A stretch of DNA of 40,910 nt, from IMG/VR virus record IMGVR_UViG_3300045988_035032, positions 1 to 40,910 of that record. One strand, 5' to 3'. The DNA comes from a virus. A model generated the notes under the pieces. That model made no database searches and was not told the origin of the DNA. It was given only the letters and a program-made list of their open reading frames with translations. Every line of letters begins with the position of its first letter. Position 1 is the stretch's first letter. The position numbers were made by a program, and so were the translations under genes. Positions 13,655-22,460 of the stretch are shown one piece after another.

Positions 13655-15426
13655 GCTATGAGTTCAAGACTGAAGATGCTTATGGATTGGCCAGGGCCAT
13701 TGGGGCCGATATCCATGAAAAAGGGGACGAGCTATTTTTCAAGTATTGCCCCCAGTGTCGGGGAGGCGGAAATCGGGACAAGAATACATTTTCCGTGAAT
13801 CTTAAAAGCGGTCTGTTCAAGTGCTTCCGAGCGAGCTGCGATTACCATGGACATTTTGTAGAGCTGGCAAGAGATTTTGATTATGACTTGGGTTTCGGTG
13901 AAAAGCGAGTTTACCGGAAACTGCCACAGAAGCCGGTAGTAGTTCGGAATGGAGCAATCGAGTACATGGCAAAACGGGGAATTAGCTCCGAAATTTGCCG
14001 AAAGTATGAACTGACCACTCGGACAGATAACAAGGACATTTTGGTTTTCCCCTTTTACGATGAGACTGGTACACTCCAATTTGTCAAATACCGCAACATG
14101 AAGTTCCGCAAAGGCATTGACAAAAACAAAGAATGGTCTGAGGCGGAAACTATGCCAATCTTATTTGGAATAAAGCAGTGCAAGGACTTTGACCGCCTGA
14201 TTATTACGGAAGGGCAGATAGACAGCCTATCAGTAGCGGAATGCGGCTTTAACAATGCGGTTTCTGTTCCAACGGGGGCAACAGGCTTTACATGGCTTGC
14301 AAATTGCTGGGACTGGATTACAAAGTTTCATGATGTTGTGGTATTTGGCGATAACGAGCATGGGAAGATCACGCTGGCTGACACTTTACGGGCCCGCCTC
14401 CCACAGACGGTAAAGGTGGTTCGGAAAAAGGACTACCTGGGGGAAAAGGACGCGAATGATATTCTCCTGAAATATGGGAAACAGGCAATCAGGGCGGCAA
14501 TCGAAAACGCGGAGATACCCCAGCTGGAAAATGTTAAAGACCTGGCTTTGGTACAGTCGGTGGACATCAACGCCCTGCCGAAAATCAAAACCAATATCCC
14601 GGATATAGACCGTCTGATTGGCGGATTGGTTATGGGACAAGTGATTTTGCTAACCGGAAAGCGGGGACATGGAAAGTCCACATTTATGAGCCAACTGGTC
14701 TGTGAGGCACTGGATCAACGAGAGAATGTATTTATTTACTCTGGTGAATTGGCTGATTATCACTTTAAACGATGGATCGATTTTCAGCTAGCCGGAACGG
14801 ATTACATAAAGGCCATTCAAAATATCTATGGGGACTATGAATATACCATCGGGGACGGCGTAATTCGACAAATCAGTGATTGGTATAAGGGCCGCGCTTA
14901 TATATACGACAATAACTGGCTTCCGGAAGATGGCGCGGAATTTGAAAGCCTTCCAGAGACCATTGAAAAAGTCATTAAGCAATACGGAGTTCGGCTAGTC
15001 TGCATCGACAATTTGATGACAGCTATGGAAACAGTTCAGGAAAACGATCAGCTTTATTTGGCACAGAGCAATTTTGTGGGTCAGCTTAAAAAGATCGCTG
15101 TCAAATATGATGTAGTTGTTATTCTGGTCGCTCATCCCAGAAAAAGCAAATTGGAGTTTGACAACGATGATGTGGCCGGTTCCGCAGACATCACTAACAA
15201 GGCCGACGTAGTCATGTCATATGAGCGAATAGAAAATGACGATACATGTGATAGCAAGCTGTCAATTACAAAAAACCGTCTGTTTGGAAAATATGCCACG
15301 AAGGACAAAGCCATAAAACTGTGTTACAGCGAGAGGACAAAAAGAATTTTTCCTTATGGACTTTATCCAAGGCATTACGGGTGGGAGGATTATTTTCAGC
15401 CAGTGGAGGAGGAATTGCCACTATGA
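13651..15426 (+). CDS. Bifunctional primase-helicase (Zn finger + Toprim + DnaB-like ATPase)
   Basis: CPQCRGGG..C..SC zinc finger, TEGQIDSLS Toprim, Walker A GKRGHGKST. ATGA coupling. Confidence 0.9.
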   Translation: MSYEFKTEDAYGLARAIGADIHEKGDELFFKYCPQCRGGGNRDKNTFSVNLKSGLFKCFRASCDYHGHFVELARDFDYDLGFGEKRVYRKLPQKPVVVRNGAIEYMAKRGISSEICRKYELTTRTDNKDILVFPFYDETGTLQFVKYRNMKFRKGIDKNKEWSEAETMPILFGIKQCKDFDRLIITEGQIDSLSVAECGFNNAVSVPTGATGFTWLANCWDWITKFHDVVVFGDNEHGKITLADTLRARLPQTVKVVRKKDYLGEKDANDILLKYGKQAIRAAIENAEIPQLENVKDLALVQSVDINALPKIKTNIPDIDRLIGGLVMGQVILLTGKRGHGKSTFMSQLVCEALDQRENVFIYSGELADYHFKRWIDFQLAGTDYIKAIQNIYGDYEYTIGDGVIRQISDWYKGRAYIYDNNWLPEDGAEFESLPETIEKVIKQYGVRLVCIDNLMTAMETVQENDQLYLAQSNFVGQLKKIAVKYDVVVILVAHPRKSKLEFDNDDVAGSADITNKADVVMSYERIENDDTCDSKLSITKNRLFGKYATKDKAIKLCYSERTKRIFPYGLYPRHYGWEDYFQPVEEELPL

Positions 15427-15755
15427 CAGAACTTCCTTTTGAAAGAGCGGCCATGCGTGGAGAGCCGATGTCGGATAGTTTGGATTTTATTGATGCAGTA
15501 ATGTATCAGGGTTTGGCAGCATTATATTTTAGATTTTTTCAAAAGGCGATTACGCAGGAACAAGGACAAATTGAAAAAAAGCACCTGATGAGAAAGTACA
15601 CGGTAGAACGGAATTTGAAATCGTATGAAGATATTATGTACCGTTGGAACAGCGATTTAAGAAAAGCAGTTGAAGCCGCCCAAAACGCCTATCTGAAAAA
15701 CCGCACGTTGGAAAACGCCGACAGGTTGAGCGCGGCGCTGGATGGGAGGCTGTGA
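15423..15755 (+). CDS. Hypothetical protein
   Basis: ATGA coupling to the helicase stop. Helical. Confidence 0.6.
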   Translation: MTELPFERAAMRGEPMSDSLDFIDAVMYQGLAALYFRFFQKAITQEQGQIEKKHLMRKYTVERNLKSYEDIMYRWNSDLRKAVEAAQNAYLKNRTLENADRLSAALDGRL

Positions 15756-15758
15756 TGA

Positions 15759-15836
15759 ATGAATACATACATTACGAACCATATGGACGATATTAAGCGT
15801 GCCCTGCTGGGCGACAAAGAGGCGGCGAAGCTATGA
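15759..15836 (+). pseudogene. 25-codon relic of a lar-like 5' end
   Basis: Encodes MNTYITNHMDDIKRALLGDKEAAKL. Residues 9-25 align with the Lar N-terminus MDDIKLALLGNHEAARRL at 16425 (11 of 17 identical). The stop overlaps the next ATG. Confidence 0.4.
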
Positions 15837-16432
15837 GGGTGTTGGTAGCCTGTGAAGAGTCTCAGGAGGTATGCAAAGCGTTCCGGGCGCTGGGGCACGA
15901 GGCGTACAGCTGCGATATTGAGCCGTGCTCTGGGGGAAAACCTGAATGGCACATCCAATGTGACGCGCTGGAACTGCTGAAAATGCGGTGGGATATGATT
16001 CTTGCATTCCCTCCTTGTACATACCTGTCAAACGCCGGAGCAAAGCACCTGTTTCGGGGCGGTGTGCTGAATCAAGAACGTTATCAAAAGGGACTGGAAG
16101 CAAAGAAGTTTTTTCTAAAATTCCTGAACGCTGACTGCCCTCACATCTGCGTAGAGAACCCGGTATCCAGCAGAATTTATGAGATGCTGCCGCATACTCA
16201 GGAGGTTCAGCCCTGGATGTTCGGGCATCCAGTACAGAAAAAGACCCGTCTGTGGCTGAAGGGCCTGCCGCCATTGGAACCGACTGACATCGTAGACCCG
16301 GAGTGCGGATGCCATGAAGCTGGTACATGGTTTATGAAAGGCGGCAAGGACCGGCAGAAAAACAGGGCCAAGACCTTTCCGGGCTTGGCAAAGGCTATGG
16401 CCCAACAGTGGGGAGGTATCTGTGATGGATGA
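15833..16432 (+). CDS. C5-cytosine-methyltransferase-like protein lacking the canonical motif I
   Basis: PPCTYLS (motif IV-like) and ENP (motif VI-like) are present. The N-terminus VLVACEESQ replaces FxGxG. Only 199 aa. Confidence 0.7.
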   Translation: MRVLVACEESQEVCKAFRALGHEAYSCDIEPCSGGKPEWHIQCDALELLKMRWDMILAFPPCTYLSNAGAKHLFRGGVLNQERYQKGLEAKKFFLKFLNADCPHICVENPVSSRIYEMLPHTQEVQPWMFGHPVQKKTRLWLKGLPPLEPTDIVDPECGCHEAGTWFMKGGKDRQKNRAKTFPGLAKAMAQQWGGICDG

Positions 16433-16682
16433 TATCAAACTAGCGCTGCTCGGCAACCACGAGGCGGCCAGACGGCTGACGGAGGCGGGGGTGCTGCTGC
16501 CGTGCCCAGGGTGCAGAGGTGAGGACGCGAAGCACAGGGCCGTGATGGCATGTGTAATGATTGAATGCCCATGTGGGTTTATGGCGGCGGGGTACGACTT
16601 GGAAGAAGCACGGCAGATATGGAACACCCGCACGCCGATTCTGAGCGAAAGTGAATTGAAAAAATTGGAGGAGAACACATGA
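16425..16682 (+). CDS. lar: Lar-family restriction-alleviation protein
   Basis: CPGC...CPCG zinc ribbon and EEARQIWNTR tail typical of Lar. Confidence 0.7.
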   Translation: MDDIKLALLGNHEAARRLTEAGVLLPCPGCRGEDAKHRAVMACVMIECPCGFMAAGYDLEEARQIWNTRTPILSESELKKLEENT

Positions 16683-17242
16683 AATCTGCAAGAATTTACA
16701 CCAATGACCTGAACCGGCTAATTGCGGCTACCAAGTCTTTTGTGAGTGATAGTAATCATCGACCCTGCAGCCAGTACATCAAATTGGAGTTTCATGCGGC
16801 AGACAATCAGGTTGTGGCAATGGCCGTTGACGGATATCGGATGTCTGTAGAACATTCCGTTATCAGTGATTGCGACGAGGACTTTGTGGCATTCATCAAG
16901 AGTAATACCAAACTCCCCAATAAGCAGTATGCAACCATCTCTCTGACCGAGGACGGGAAAGAAGCTGTAATCCGGTGCGGTGGGTTCTCGTTCGGATATA
17001 TCCAGCCGCAGGACAGCGGATTTGAATGGGAAAAGGCAATCCCAACCAGCGAGGTAAAGTATCGAATTGGCTTCAATGGGAATTACCTTCTGTCTGCATT
17101 GCAAGCGGCGAAAGTCTCTGCTGACGGCAGCTTTAGGCAGCCGGTCATTTTAGAATTTCGCAGCAATATTGAGCCGATTCTTCTCCGTACCAACAAGGAG
17201 GACATTAAGATGGTTCTCCCTGTTCGTATCAAGGAAGATTGA
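16679..17242 (+). CDS. Truncated DNA polymerase III beta (sliding clamp)-like protein, 187 aa
   Basis: AVDGYRM, FNGNYLLSALQA and MVLPVRI resemble DnaN domain motifs. The length is about half of DnaN. Confidence 0.6.
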   Translation: MKSARIYTNDLNRLIAATKSFVSDSNHRPCSQYIKLEFHAADNQVVAMAVDGYRMSVEHSVISDCDEDFVAFIKSNTKLPNKQYATISLTEDGKEAVIRCGGFSFGYIQPQDSGFEWEKAIPTSEVKYRIGFNGNYLLSALQAAKVSADGSFRQPVILEFRSNIEPILLRTNKEDIKMVLPVRIKED

Positions 17243-17274
17243 GCGGCGGAGATGGAGATGCTGGAGGGGATGGA

Positions 17275-17613
17275 ATGAAAGTAAGAGCAAAAGGTTGGAA
17301 AGAAGTCGATTATCTTTTCCCGAAAGAAACAACATGGAGGGTGGAGGTAGCCGGAATACCAGGATATTTTTGGTATTACAAGGAGGATTGTACACAAGAA
17401 TCTGATTATTACATCGATCATTCGCTCACCAAAAGAGAAGTAGAAGGGAAAAGAATGGAACGAGAGGTAAGAGTTTTGGCGAAAATTTCATCAAAAGAAA
17501 ATACTTTATCTTTCAAGGTTTATGGGCCCAAACGATTAGTAACTGAACGCCAAAACGAAATTGACACCGCAAAAAGCGTTATATCTGCGATAGTATTGGA
17601 GGCCCAGCCATGA
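17275..17613 (+). CDS. Hypothetical protein
   Basis: GGAGGGG RBS precedes ATG 17275. Confidence 0.55.
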   Translation: MKVRAKGWKEVDYLFPKETTWRVEVAGIPGYFWYYKEDCTQESDYYIDHSLTKREVEGKRMEREVRVLAKISSKENTLSFKVYGPKRLVTERQNEIDTAKSVISAIVLEAQP

Positions 17614-17951
17614 CTCGGGAAGAAGCGGCCATCAAAAGCTGTGAGGATAGAATCAAGCACCTGGAAAGCGCGCCGCCACACCACTATGGGAAACGGCAGC
17701 GGGAAAGAGCTATTGAGCTGGAAAAGGTAAAAATAAAGGCTCTCCGCCCCATCGGCCGGGAGCAGGTGGAGAAAGCCGAGTGGATATGGAGCACGGGAGA
17801 CGTATATACCTGTTCATCCTGTGGTGAGAAAACTCATGTAGACGAGTGTATGGGGAACCCCATATATAACTTTTGCCCGTTTTGCATGGCTCCCATGACG
17901 GACGAGGCCGTGGAGATGGTGATGGAAAAGTTGAAGAAGGTGATTGAATAA
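17610..17951 (+). CDS. Zinc-ribbon hypothetical protein
   Basis: ATGA coupling. CSSCG...CPFC. Confidence 0.6.
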   Translation: MTREEAAIKSCEDRIKHLESAPPHHYGKRQRERAIELEKVKIKALRPIGREQVEKAEWIWSTGDVYTCSSCGEKTHVDECMGNPIYNFCPFCMAPMTDEAVEMVMEKLKKVIE

Positions 17952-18475
17952 TGAAGTTGGACAAAGTTGCAAACTCTAAAAATGACGAGTTCTATACTCC
18001 AGCTTACGCAATATCCCCCATTCTGAAATATATTCCAAGCAGGAGTGTGGTGTGGTGTCCGTTCGACCAAGAAAAATCCCTTTTTGTGTCAGAACTACGA
18101 AAACACGGTTGTGAGGTAATTCATACGCACATAGCAGACGGACAAGATTTCTTTGATACAGACATTCCAAAGTGCGATTACATCATAAGCAACCCGCCTT
18201 ACTCTGTAAAGGGGAAAGTGTTCCAGAGGCTGTTCCAGATCGGCAAGTCATTTGCCATGCTGGTTGGCGTGGTGGGTCTCTTTGAGAGCCAAGAGCGTTT
18301 TGAAATGTTTCGCGACAACTCTTTTGAAATTATGTACTTAAATCGCCGTGTGGCATATTTCAAGGACCATACTGAACAAAATCCATCACTTCACCCGCCG
18401 TTTAGTAGTGTGTATGTGTGCCACGGTATATTACCCGAAAAGATTATATTCGAAGAAATTCAAAAATGTGGATAA
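17951..18475 (+). CDS. N6-adenine DNA methyltransferase (small, NPPY type)
   Basis: EFYTP and ISNPPYS motifs. The gene is visibly AT-richer than its neighbours. Confidence 0.8.
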   Translation: MKLDKVANSKNDEFYTPAYAISPILKYIPSRSVVWCPFDQEKSLFVSELRKHGCEVIHTHIADGQDFFDTDIPKCDYIISNPPYSVKGKVFQRLFQIGKSFAMLVGVVGLFESQERFEMFRDNSFEIMYLNRRVAYFKDHTEQNPSLHPPFSSVYVCHGILPEKIIFEEIQKCG

Positions 18476-18489
18476 AGGGGCAATAGATA

Positions 18490-18651
18490 ATGGCTGATAT
18501 TTGTGATGCTTGCGCTTTTGAAGATGCCTGTCCGAGTGCGCATTTTAACAAAACGGAATCAAGTATCTGCGCATTTTATAAAAGTCTGCGAAAGGACAAG
18601 CTAGATGGGGCTTATTGGAGGGAGGCGCTGAAAGATGGCAAGGGCGATTGA
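18490..18651 (+). CDS. Hypothetical 53-aa Cys-rich protein (not in ORF track)
   Basis: ATG 18490. CDACAFEDACP. Confidence 0.4.
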   Translation: MADICDACAFEDACPSAHFNKTESSICAFYKSLRKDKLDGAYWREALKDGKGD

Positions 18652-19030
18652 TGCGGACGCACTGCAAGAGCTGTGCGACAGGAGAATTCAGGACACATGG
18701 AATAGCAGGACTGCTCCTGTATCTTGGGCACACGCATACGCAGATTTTAAAGATGATATTGATAGTATGCCAACGCTCACCCCGCCGAACGAGCCGCTGA
18801 CGCTGGATAGCAGACTAACTCCCAAAATGGTGACCTGTCCGAAAGGGTGGCGAGGAATACGGGACACACGCTTTTATTGCCCCAGCTGTAAGAAAGCTGT
18901 GAAAAAGGGCGAGGAGTATTGCCATAAATGCGGTCAGGCTCTTGTATTCCCTGTCCAGCGATATGACAAGGAGAACAACAGAATTTGGCTGGATTTTTCT
19001 GACCGCCGCCCGCCGGAGGGAGAAGCATGA
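18635..19030 (+). CDS. Zinc-ribbon hypothetical protein
   Basis: CPSC...CHKCG. Ends with the RRPPEGEA junction motif. Confidence 0.55.
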   Translation: MARAIDADALQELCDRRIQDTWNSRTAPVSWAHAYADFKDDIDSMPTLTPPNEPLTLDSRLTPKMVTCPKGWRGIRDTRFYCPSCKKAVKKGEEYCHKCGQALVFPVQRYDKENNRIWLDFSDRRPPEGEA

Positions 19031-19215
19031 ATAGATTTCCAAAAGACTGCTGGGGGAAGAATTGCCCGCACTTTCACACCGTTGATATGAGCATAGATGA
19101 TTTACTTTGTGCCTGCGACATTTTACAGGCAGAGTGTGACGCTTGCGATGAGGACTTTTGTTTCCTGATTTGCCCATTGAGTGAGCGCCCACCAGAGGGA
19201 GAGGAGAACGTATGA
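19027..19215 (+). CDS. Cys-rich hypothetical protein
   Basis: ATGA coupling. Ends with ERPPEGEENV. Confidence 0.5.
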   Translation: MNRFPKDCWGKNCPHFHTVDMSIDDLLCACDILQAECDACDEDFCFLICPLSERPPEGEENV

Positions 19216-19388
19216 CAAACGCAGATAAAATTCGGGCCATGAGTGATGAGGAGCTGGCGGTATTCCTGGAATCGAGTCATGGGTGTCCCTCAAATGAGGA
19301 TTGTGAATATGGGGTACACGCAACTCCTGAAAACTGCATAAAGCATTGGGCCACTTGGCTCCAGCAACCAGCGAAGGAGGATGCCTGA
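19212..19388 (+). CDS. Hypothetical 58-aa protein (not in ORF track)
   Basis: ATGA coupling. MTNADKIRAMSDEELAVFLES. Confidence 0.5.
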   Translation: MTNADKIRAMSDEELAVFLESSHGCPSNEDCEYGVHATPENCIKHWATWLQQPAKEDA

Positions 19389-19825
19389 TGGACATTGAGA
19401 AGCTGATTGAGCGGCTACGCAACAACAATATAGAGAACAACTGTCATGATTGCGCTCTTGGATATTACGCATTTGAAGCCGCCGCCGCCCTCTCCACGCT
19501 CCAGGACGAAAACGAAAAGTTGCGGGAGACAGTGGACAAATATGCAACAGCCGCCAGAGTGATAGCTTTACATCTCAAACCATTTTGCGATGAAAGTCTT
19601 CCGTATGATGAAATGATCGCAGATGCAGCGAGAAAAGCGTCTGACGAGCTGGAACAGGTGAAGCAGGAGCGCGATGAGGCTATTAAAACGATTTTTCAAT
19701 GGACAGGCTGCCCGGAATGCAAGTGGTGGGACAGCGCAGACGAATGGTGCGAAAAGCACGATAGATCCGCTGATTCTTGCGGTGGATGTTGTTCGCCCGA
19801 GTGGCGCGGCCAGAAGGAGGGCTGA
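19388..19825 (+). CDS. Hypothetical protein
   Basis: GAAGGAGGA RBS. Coiled-coil plus Cys-rich C-terminus. Confidence 0.55.
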   Translation: MDIEKLIERLRNNNIENNCHDCALGYYAFEAAAALSTLQDENEKLRETVDKYATAARVIALHLKPFCDESLPYDEMIADAARKASDELEQVKQERDEAIKTIFQWTGCPECKWWDSADEWCEKHDRSADSCGGCCSPEWRGQKEG

Positions 19826-19827
19826 CA

Positions 19828-20211
19828 ATGAAGCGGCTGACCGAAAAAAGAGAAAGTGGAGCTTGGCCGAAAAAAGACTGGGCCTATGAGCCTATTGCAG
19901 AATGTCTTGACCGCCTCGCCGCCATCGAGGACATCCTGGGCGACGAGTACGACCTTGACCGCCTCCGCGAACTGGCCGAGGCTGACCGGGAGGGGAAAAT
20001 ACCGAAGTACACCATAGGCGACACGATCTATGACAGATTTGGTGATGCTTGGGAAGTTACTGCGGTGGAGCGCCGCCTACTTGCAGGAGAACCGAAATGG
20101 ATTTACAGATGCGGGCATATAGGTACAAATGATTATTGCGCCTTGTGGGAATTTGAGGTGTTGACCCGCGCCGAGGCCGAGGCCGCACTAAGGAGGGAGC
20201 AGGATGGCTGA
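19828..20211 (+). CDS. Hypothetical protein
   Basis: GAAGGAGGG RBS. Confidence 0.6.
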   Translation: MKRLTEKRESGAWPKKDWAYEPIAECLDRLAAIEDILGDEYDLDRLRELAEADREGKIPKYTIGDTIYDRFGDAWEVTAVERRLLAGEPKWIYRCGHIGTNDYCALWEFEVLTRAEAEAALRREQDG

Positions 20212-20344
20212 TATTATGATGCTCATAGCCGCTGTTGAGTGGATAGTCTTGGGTATTCTTACCTTTTGGAAGCTTAGGGGATGGAACAAAAAAATAGATG
20301 AACTGTACGAGGATATGAAGAAACAGTGGGAGGCGGAGGAATGA
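20204..20344 (+). CDS. Possible 46-aa membrane peptide (not in ORF track)
   Basis: AGGAGGGAG RBS. One hydrophobic helix. ATGA-coupled to the next ORF. Confidence 0.4.
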   Translation: MADIMMLIAAVEWIVLGILTFWKLRGWNKKIDELYEDMKKQWEAEE

Positions 20345-20628
20345 AAGAGTACATCGAGAGGGCGGTCGCGCTGGATGTGGTCAAGCGAACCAGCGGGGAT
20401 TATGTTGCTGCGTGGTCAGAGATTGTACACCTCCCCGCCGCCGACGTTGCGGAGGTCATGCACGGGAGATGGGTTTTTGATCATATGACGGGAGAATGGT
20501 CTTATTACTCTCATTGTTCTGAGTGCAATTATCAGGAATTTTTTGCAAATGAGGATGTGGAGAAACGGCACAAATATTGTCTTAACTGCGGCGCTCGCAT
20601 GGGCAAGGAGGCCAACCATGGAAACTGA
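20341..20628 (+). CDS. Zinc-ribbon hypothetical protein
   Basis: GGAGGCGGAGGA RBS. CSEC...CLNCG. Confidence 0.55.
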   Translation: MKEYIERAVALDVVKRTSGDYVAAWSEIVHLPAADVAEVMHGRWVFDHMTGEWSYYSHCSECNYQEFFANEDVEKRHKYCLNCGARMGKEANHGN

Positions 20629-20863
20629 CAAAGGAAAAACTATTATTAACATATACGACAAGGACGGGAACCCAATGGGTACTATCCCAGTCGTTCAAGT
20701 AAATCTGGATTACAGGGATGAAGTGGACGAGGAAAGCGGTGATTTGAAAACACTGCCGATCCGGGAAATGCACTTCAATATGAAATTAACACTCTGGAAT
20801 AGAATCAAAGTCTGGTGGTGGTTCCGAAAGGTGAAGAAAGGATGGCTAAATGAGAAAAAGTAA
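20618..20863 (+). CDS. Hypothetical protein
   Basis: AAGGAGG RBS precedes ATG 20618. Confidence 0.5.
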   Translation: METDKGKTIINIYDKDGNPMGTIPVVQVNLDYRDEVDEESGDLKTLPIREMHFNMKLTLWNRIKVWWWFRKVKKGWLNEKK

Positions 20864-20921
20864 CACCTACAGGAAAGAGGACGGCACTTGCTGGGTGCCA
20901 TATACGAAGGAGGAGGCCAAC

Positions 20922-21314
20922 ATGGACAAGCCGAGAATTTGCGAGGTGCTGGGGGTTGAAGTTGGAGAGCATTTCCAAGTATACGGGAACGCAATGACTT
21001 GGCATATAACTTCTGGCGGTTATATTGTGCGTGACGATGGAAAACGATGTGTTGATGATGTGATTTATTTGGCTATCAACCACCCCGACCGCATCATCCG
21101 CAAGCCCTGCTGGACGGAGCAGGATGTTAAGGGCGCTAAGGCCATCAGGCATGTGTTTGGGCGGGATGGGACTATTAAGCGCCATAGCAAGGCGGTGACA
21201 GCGCCATACAGCACCCTTACTTTTGACCACTTGTATATCAACGAGAACTTGTTCCCATCCCTCCGCCCCGGCGAATCCGTCAAGCTGGACGAGATCATCG
21301 GAGGTGCCCAATGA
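20922..21314 (+). CDS. Hypothetical protein (alternative start 20850)
   Basis: GAAGGAGGAGG RBS precedes ATG 20922. Confidence 0.55.
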   Translation: MDKPRICEVLGVEVGEHFQVYGNAMTWHITSGGYIVRDDGKRCVDDVIYLAINHPDRIIRKPCWTEQDVKGAKAIRHVFGRDGTIKRHSKAVTAPYSTLTFDHLYINENLFPSLRPGESVKLDEIIGGAQ

Positions 21315-21619
21315 CGAGAGAAGAATACGAAAAGAAAATTGCGGCATTGGAACCGCTCGATGACGAGAAGCGGAAAAGCGTGACCTGCGCCCTCCTTGGA
21401 CATAGCCATATTACCACAGGTTGCTTCGGGTATGTCTACTGTGCACGGTGCGGAGAACAAATTGGGGATGTTCTGGGCGGCTGTTTCTATGACCCACTGG
21501 AAGTCCGTGTAGGTCATAATTGCCCAACTTGCAGAGCTAACTATGAGAAGCTTGGATGGGAAGATAAGATTCTGACTCCTGACCCGTTTTCGGACGAGAA
21601 CAGAGGAGGGGCCCAATGA
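21311..21619 (+). CDS. Zinc-ribbon hypothetical protein
   Basis: ATGA coupling. CARCG...CPTC. Confidence 0.55.
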   Translation: MTREEYEKKIAALEPLDDEKRKSVTCALLGHSHITTGCFGYVYCARCGEQIGDVLGGCFYDPLEVRVGHNCPTCRANYEKLGWEDKILTPDPFSDENRGGAQ

Positions 21620-22044
21620 GAGAAATCCTTTTCAAAGCCAAGCGGCTGAGTGATGGTGCATGGGTGGAAGGATTCCCGTACTGGGGAGAATACAGTGGGG
21701 CATTTATCCTTCAAAATAAGACTTACAGCCGCAGGAACGCACGAACAGGTGAAATTTCAATGGGCGATAATGTTGTACCGATTGAGGTTGACCCCTCCAC
21801 GGTCTGCCAGTACACCGGACTGACCGACAAGAACGGGAAGAAGATTTTTGAGGGGGATATTATTTCCTGGCCGGACTGGAGAAACGATCAAAGAAAGGCA
21901 CCTGTCCGTTATGACGATGAGTGGAAAAGGTTTTGTGTGTGGCTTAACGGTGCAGAAAGCATGGGTGTAAACAAGCATCTGTCAACTGGCGGTATCGAGG
22001 TCATCGGCAACGTCCACGACGGGGAGGGCGACGACGATGATTAA
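21616..22044 (+). CDS. YopX-family protein
   Basis: MREILFKAKR...QYTGLTDKNGKKIFEGDII...VIGNVHD is the classic YopX pattern. Confidence 0.85.
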   Translation: MREILFKAKRLSDGAWVEGFPYWGEYSGAFILQNKTYSRRNARTGEISMGDNVVPIEVDPSTVCQYTGLTDKNGKKIFEGDIISWPDWRNDQRKAPVRYDDEWKRFCVWLNGAESMGVNKHLSTGGIEVIGNVHDGEGDDDD

Positions 22045-22246
22045 ACTGCTCCTTTTCCTGGGCATAATCCTGTCCATCGTCAAAGCAAACGGATGGTTTA
22101 TAGTCCCGATGCCTGTTTTGGTTTTCTGCTGGGTGATGAGTTTTATTTGTTGGCTGATTTATTCGTACGCTCTTGGTGTGGGCGAAGGAGCTGCAAAAGA
22201 GATGAAAAAGAAAATTCGTGACGGGGAGGGCGGACAGCATGAGTGA
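22037..22246 (+). CDS. Small membrane protein (two hydrophobic helices)
   Basis: Overlaps the YopX stop. LLLFLGIILSIV and VLVFCWVMSFICWLIY. Confidence 0.55.
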   Translation: MIKLLLFLGIILSIVKANGWFIVPMPVLVFCWVMSFICWLIYSYALGVGEGAAKEMKKKIRDGEGGQHE

Positions 22247-22460
22247 GATTGAGCAATGCCTTAACTGCACACTCCTGGACTGTGTTAACTGCCTTGAGGG
22301 AGCCAGGACGAACCATCGAAAGTACAGCAAGAAATACAAGCGGGAGATCGTAGAGCGGAGCAGGAACGGAGAGAGCGTCTATTCCATCGCAAACGATACG
22401 GGGATAGACTCCTCCACTATCCGGTATTGGATCAAGCAGGAGGGGAAATGGAAAAACTAA
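22239..22460 (+). CDS. HTH DNA-binding protein (transposase/terS-type HTH), putative late regulator
   Basis: GGGGAGGG RBS. N-terminal CxxC..CxxC, then SVYSIANDTGIDSSTIRYWIKQ. Confidence 0.6.
   Translation: MSEIEQCLNCTLLDCVNCLEGARTNHRKYSKKYKREIVERSRNGESVYSIANDTGIDSSTIRYWIKQEGKWKN

Noticed and set aside
15839-15849. Fourth copy of GTGTTGGTAGC, the apex motif of the int-proximal hairpins, at the start of the MTase-like gene.
   Set aside because: There is no flanking complementarity to form a hairpin, and it lies in coding sequence. An 11-mer match is improbable by chance but has no supporting context, so it is noted only under the hairpin finding.
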